Shown piece after piece: positions 60,735 to 64,000 of a stretch of DNA of 64,000 bases. The notes under the pieces were generated by a model that was not told where the DNA came from, ran no database searches, and saw only the letters and a program-made list of their open reading frames with translations. The stretch comes from an uncultured Acidobacteriota bacterium (lineage in GTDB: Bacteria > Actinomycetota > Acidimicrobiia > Spongiisociales > ZC4RG35), in NCBI GenBank assembly GCA_963828465.1, contig CAWHEU010000022.1:352001-416000 (forward strand), written 5' to 3'. Position numbers and translations under genes: made by a program. The first letter of the stretch is position 1. Each line of letters begins with the position of its first letter.

Positions 60735-61918
60735 ATGTGGCGATCATCATCGTGGCCGTTGCCGCCCTGGCTCTCGCGGCGTGGTTGCGTGCCGCCGGAT
60801 CGGCAATCACCCGAGTTCCCCGAGCGGACGCGCTGCGAGACGAAGCCGATGGCGTGCGCGGTGCCGGAATCGTGGCCGAGTTACTCGAGGAACGTGAGGC
60901 GATAACCCCGGCCGTGGCCATGGTCGGCTCGGCCTTGCTGGTAGTGGCCGCAGTGGCGGGGACTGCTCTGGTTACTGCTGAGCAGACGCTCGGCACCGCC
61001 ATCGCCTACGCCGCCATCGTCTTCCTGGTTGTGTTTCTCCTCGGCGACCTGGCCCCACGCCAGCTGGGAAGGCGCAGACCGCGCTCGATCGCATACAGGT
61101 CAGCGAGGTTGCTCGCCGTCGCGGTCAGCCTCGGTGGATGGGCATCCGATCTGATCACTGAATCGAATGGTGATGACGAAGGTGAGATCGAGCCGGAGCC
61201 AGAAACCGTCACCGAGCAGGAGCGCGAGATGATCGACTCCGTGCTCGAGTTCGGAGACACGGTTGTCCGTGAGGTGATGACCCCACGGCCGGACATGGTG
61301 ACGGTGCCTGTGACGGCTTCTGTGGATGATCTGATCTCGGTCACCACCGACGAGGGCTTCTCCAGGATCCCGGTGACCAGCAACGGCGACGTCGTGGGCA
61401 TGGTGATGGTCAAGGACCTGTTGCCTCTTCTGGGGGAGGGCCGACGTCCCGCCTCCGTTGCGGAGGTGATGAGGCCCGTCGAGTTCGTCCCGGAGACCAA
61501 GCTCGCCTCTGCGCTGCTGGGTGAGATGCAGGCCAATCACCGGCACCAGATGATCGTCGTGGACGAGTATGGGGAGGTGGCCGGCCTGGTCACCATCGAG
61601 GACTTGCTCGAGGAGCTGGTGGGAGAAATTGCCGACGAAACGGACGAAGAGGAGATATTCATCTCCGCACGTCGTGACGGTGGTTGGGACGTCGACGGTC
61701 GATTACCCGTCGATGATCTGGCTCGTCTCGCCGGTGTGGACCTGCCCGATGAGGATTGGGACACCGTCGCCGGCTTGGTCATGGGTCTCGCCGAGCGTGT
61801 TCCGGACGAGGGTGAGCAATTTTCACATGGTCCGCTCACGCTTACCGTCACCCGGATGCAGGGAAGGCGAGTGGCGGATGTCTCCGTGTCCGTATCGGAG
61901 GCTGTGGACGCCGAATGA
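60731..61918 (+). CDS. Hemolysin-family CNNM/CBS/CorC-HlyC protein
   Basis: VREVMTPR, FSRIPV, VVDEYG, EDLLEELVGEI. Confidence 0.92.
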   Translation: MNVAIIIVAVAALALAAWLRAAGSAITRVPRADALRDEADGVRGAGIVAELLEEREAITPAVAMVGSALLVVAAVAGTALVTAEQTLGTAIAYAAIVFLVVFLLGDLAPRQLGRRRPRSIAYRSARLLAVAVSLGGWASDLITESNGDDEGEIEPEPETVTEQEREMIDSVLEFGDTVVREVMTPRPDMVTVPVTASVDDLISVTTDEGFSRIPVTSNGDVVGMVMVKDLLPLLGEGRRPASVAEVMRPVEFVPETKLASALLGEMQANHRHQMIVVDEYGEVAGLVTIEDLLEELVGEIADETDEEEIFISARRDGGWDVDGRLPVDDLARLAGVDLPDEDWDTVAGLVMGLAERVPDEGEQFSHGPLTLTVTRMQGRRVADVSVSVSEAVDAE

Positions 61919-62802
61919 GGTCAGGGTTCGTGCCCGTCGTGGGACGCCCCAACGTCGGGAAGTCGACGCTGGTGAACGCGATGGTGGGGTCGAAGGTGGC
62001 CATCACCTCTTCACGACCCCAGACCACCCGCAACGCGATCCGCGGCATCGTGAACGGCCCCGGTGACGATCCCGAGTATCAGATCGTCCTTGTCGACACC
62101 CCCGGGCTGCACAAGCCACGCAACGAGCTGGGGACCAGGTTGAACTCGCTGGTCTACGGCACGCTTGCCGAAGCCGACGTCGTGGTGTTCCTCGTCGATG
62201 CGACCCAGGCGATCGGGCCGGGCGACCGGCTGATCGCCGAACGTCTCGGCGAGGCGGAGGCCGAAGTGCTCGTGGTCGTGAGCAAGCTCGACATCAGCCG
62301 CCGAGGCCAGGTCGTGGAGCAGTTGACCAAGGCCGGAGAGTGGGATTTCGCCTCCTATGTGCCGGTTTCGGCCCTCGACGGGTCCGGTGTCCCCGAGCTC
62401 GTGACCGAAGTCGTCTCCCGGCTGCCAGAGGGACCGGTCTACTACCCGCCGGGGATCACAACCGACCAGCCCGAAGACCTGGTGATTGGCGAGATGGTCC
62501 GCGAGAAGTTCCTCGACCGGCTTCGTGAGGAGCTGCCGCACTCACTGGTGGTGGTGGTCGAGGACCTCGAGCAACGCGACGACGGGCTCATCGACATCGC
62601 CGCCGACGTCATCGTCGAACGCAAGAGCCAAAAGGGGATAGTGATCGGGAAGGGTGGCTCGCTTCTCAAGGAGGCTGGTACCGCGGCACGACACGACCTC
62701 GAGGCCTTGCTGGGGAACCGGGTGAATCTCAGACTTCAGGTCAAGGTCGAACCCGACTGGCAACGAAAGCCCCAGCTCCTCGACCGCCTGGGTTTCGACT
62801 GA
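61915..62802 (+). CDS. era: GTPase Era
   Basis: GRPNVGKST, PQTTR, DTPG, EELPHS, GIVIGKGG. Confidence 0.97.
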   Translation: MRSGFVPVVGRPNVGKSTLVNAMVGSKVAITSSRPQTTRNAIRGIVNGPGDDPEYQIVLVDTPGLHKPRNELGTRLNSLVYGTLAEADVVVFLVDATQAIGPGDRLIAERLGEAEAEVLVVVSKLDISRRGQVVEQLTKAGEWDFASYVPVSALDGSGVPELVTEVVSRLPEGPVYYPPGITTDQPEDLVIGEMVREKFLDRLREELPHSLVVVVEDLEQRDDGLIDIAADVIVERKSQKGIVIGKGGSLLKEAGTAARHDLEALLGNRVNLRLQVKVEPDWQRKPQLLDRLGFD

Positions 62803-62811
62803 TCGGTCCGG

Positions 62812-63090
62812 TCAGAGGAGCCCGTCGCAGAGGTCGGCGAGGTTCAGGTCTTTGGCGGTGACCCCGCCCTCGGAGTGAGTGGACAGAGTCAGGGTGACCT
62901 TGTTCCAGCGAATGTCGATGTCGGGATGGTGGTCGGCCTTCTCGGCGGCCAGGGCGACCCGTGTCACCAGGCCCATCGACTCGTTGAAGTCGGCCAACTC
63001 ATAGGTGCGCGCGATGCCGTCGTCGACCTTGGCCCAGCCGGGGTGGGAATCGACAAAAGCCTCGATCTCGCTGTCGGAAACGATTGCCAT
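62812..63090 (-). CDS. Pterin-4-alpha-carbinolamine dehydratase
   Basis: AEKADHHPDI, LSTHSEGGVT..D. Confidence 0.93.
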   Translation of the reverse strand: MAIVSDSEIEAFVDSHPGWAKVDDGIARTYELADFNESMGLVTRVALAAEKADHHPDIDIRWNKVTLTLSTHSEGGVTAKDLNLADLCDGLL

Positions 63091-63151
63091 ACCTGGAACC
63101 TACAACCTAAGACCTATAACGGGCTCTCAGGCTTTTAGCCTGAGGGCACCA

Positions 63152-63868
63152 ATGGCCCTCCGTCACGATCAAGGAATCGTCCTCCGCAGCTACCCGTTCG
63201 GGGAAGCAGATCGGGTCGTGGTGCTGCTCAGTCCCAACAGCGGCAAGATCCGGACGGTGGCCAAAGGGATCCGCAGGACGAAGAGCCGGTTCGGTGGTCG
63301 CCTCGAGCCCTTCACCCACGTAGATCTGGTTCTCTATGAGGGCCGAAACCTCGACACCATCACTCAGGTGGCGGTGATCGAGCCCTTCCCCCGACTGCGG
63401 GCGAGCCTCGATGCGGTGGTGGCTGCGGGCACCATGGTCGAGGCGGCCGATGCGGTGGCCCAGGAAGAGGAATCCTCGACGCGGCTGTTCCTCCTGCTCC
63501 ATCGGGGTCTTCGGGCTCTCGAGGCCGGTCAGATAGGCGCGGACCTCATCACCAGCTATCTGTTGAAGCTGGCCGATGTGGTGGGGGTGGCGCCTTCGCT
63601 TCTCGTCTGTGCATCCTGTGGCCGGGCCGACGACCTGCATGGCTTCTCCTTCGGCGGTGGCGGTGCCATCTGTGACCTGTGCCGGACCGAGGGCGCCGTG
63701 CGCCTCCGCGACGGAGTGACCGTCTACCTCGCCGCCCTGGCCCAGGCCGAGTTCGGTGAGATGCCGGAGACAGATGTGAGCCTCGCCGGTGAGGCGATGG
63801 GCATCGCTCGCCGCTTCGTCGAGTACCACCTCGATCGCAAGCTCATCTCACTGGCGGTGATGGAGTGA
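63152..63868 (+). CDS. recO: DNA repair protein RecO
   Basis: [33 protein letters not shown]. Confidence 0.95.
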   Translation: MALRHDQGIVLRSYPFGEADRVVVLLSPNSGKIRTVAKGIRRTKSRFGGRLEPFTHVDLVLYEGRNLDTITQVAVIEPFPRLRASLDAVVAAGTMVEAADAVAQEEESSTRLFLLLHRGLRALEAGQIGADLITSYLLKLADVVGVAPSLLVCASCGRADDLHGFSFGGGGAICDLCRTEGAVRLRDGVTVYLAALAQAEFGEMPETDVSLAGEAMGIARRFVEYHLDRKLISLAVME

Positions 63869-64000
63869 CCCTGGATGTCTCCGGGGTCGACCCCGAGCGC
63901 ATCCCGAGGCATGTCGGGCTGATCCTCGACGGGAATGGACGATGGGCCAATGCGCGTGGCCTGCCCCGGACTGCGGGGCATGCGGCCGGTGAGGCGGCTT
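63865..64000 (+). CDS. uppS: Isoprenyl transferase / undecaprenyl diphosphate synthase (partial, runs off window)
   Basis: [16 protein letters not shown]; GTGA overlap with recO. Confidence 0.9.
   Translation, partial: MTLDVSGVDPERIPRHVGLILDGNGRWANARGLPRTAGHAAGEAA

Overview
High-GC actinobacterial chromosome segment; gene order and content suggest Acidimicrobiia (inference). It is mostly core genes: tRNA-Arg/His, tig-clpP-clpX, folC-ndk-mreBCD-mrdA-rodA, tdk, rne, rplU-rpmA-obg, nadD-rsfS-tRNA-Ala, leuS, comEA-comEC-folP-holA, rpsT, lepA-hemW-hrcA-dnaJ-rsmE, phoH-pgpH-ybeY-era-recO-uppS. Accessory blocks lie at ~3.6-5.3, 17.3-22.9 and 24.5-41.8 kb. No integrase, transposase or CRISPR array was seen. 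About nine genes, including leuS, carry single frameshifts that are most likely assembly indels. Highlights: (1) a c-di-GMP-II-type riboswitch with an anti-SD hairpin ahead of an 11-repeat Cys-loop LPxTG surface protein; (2) a tandem GAPDH pair whose first copy has lost both catalytic residues; (3) a circularly permuted, Cys-rich DppA/OppA; (4) a 6S-like RNA hairpin; (5) a CxC leader peptide/attenuator before an OsmC-flavoprotein operon; (6) a c-di-AMP riboswitch on a CPA2-USP antiporter; (7) a divergent BldD; (8) a PgpH-like protein with an inserted SdrD-B-like domain. All calls were made by eye, without database searches.
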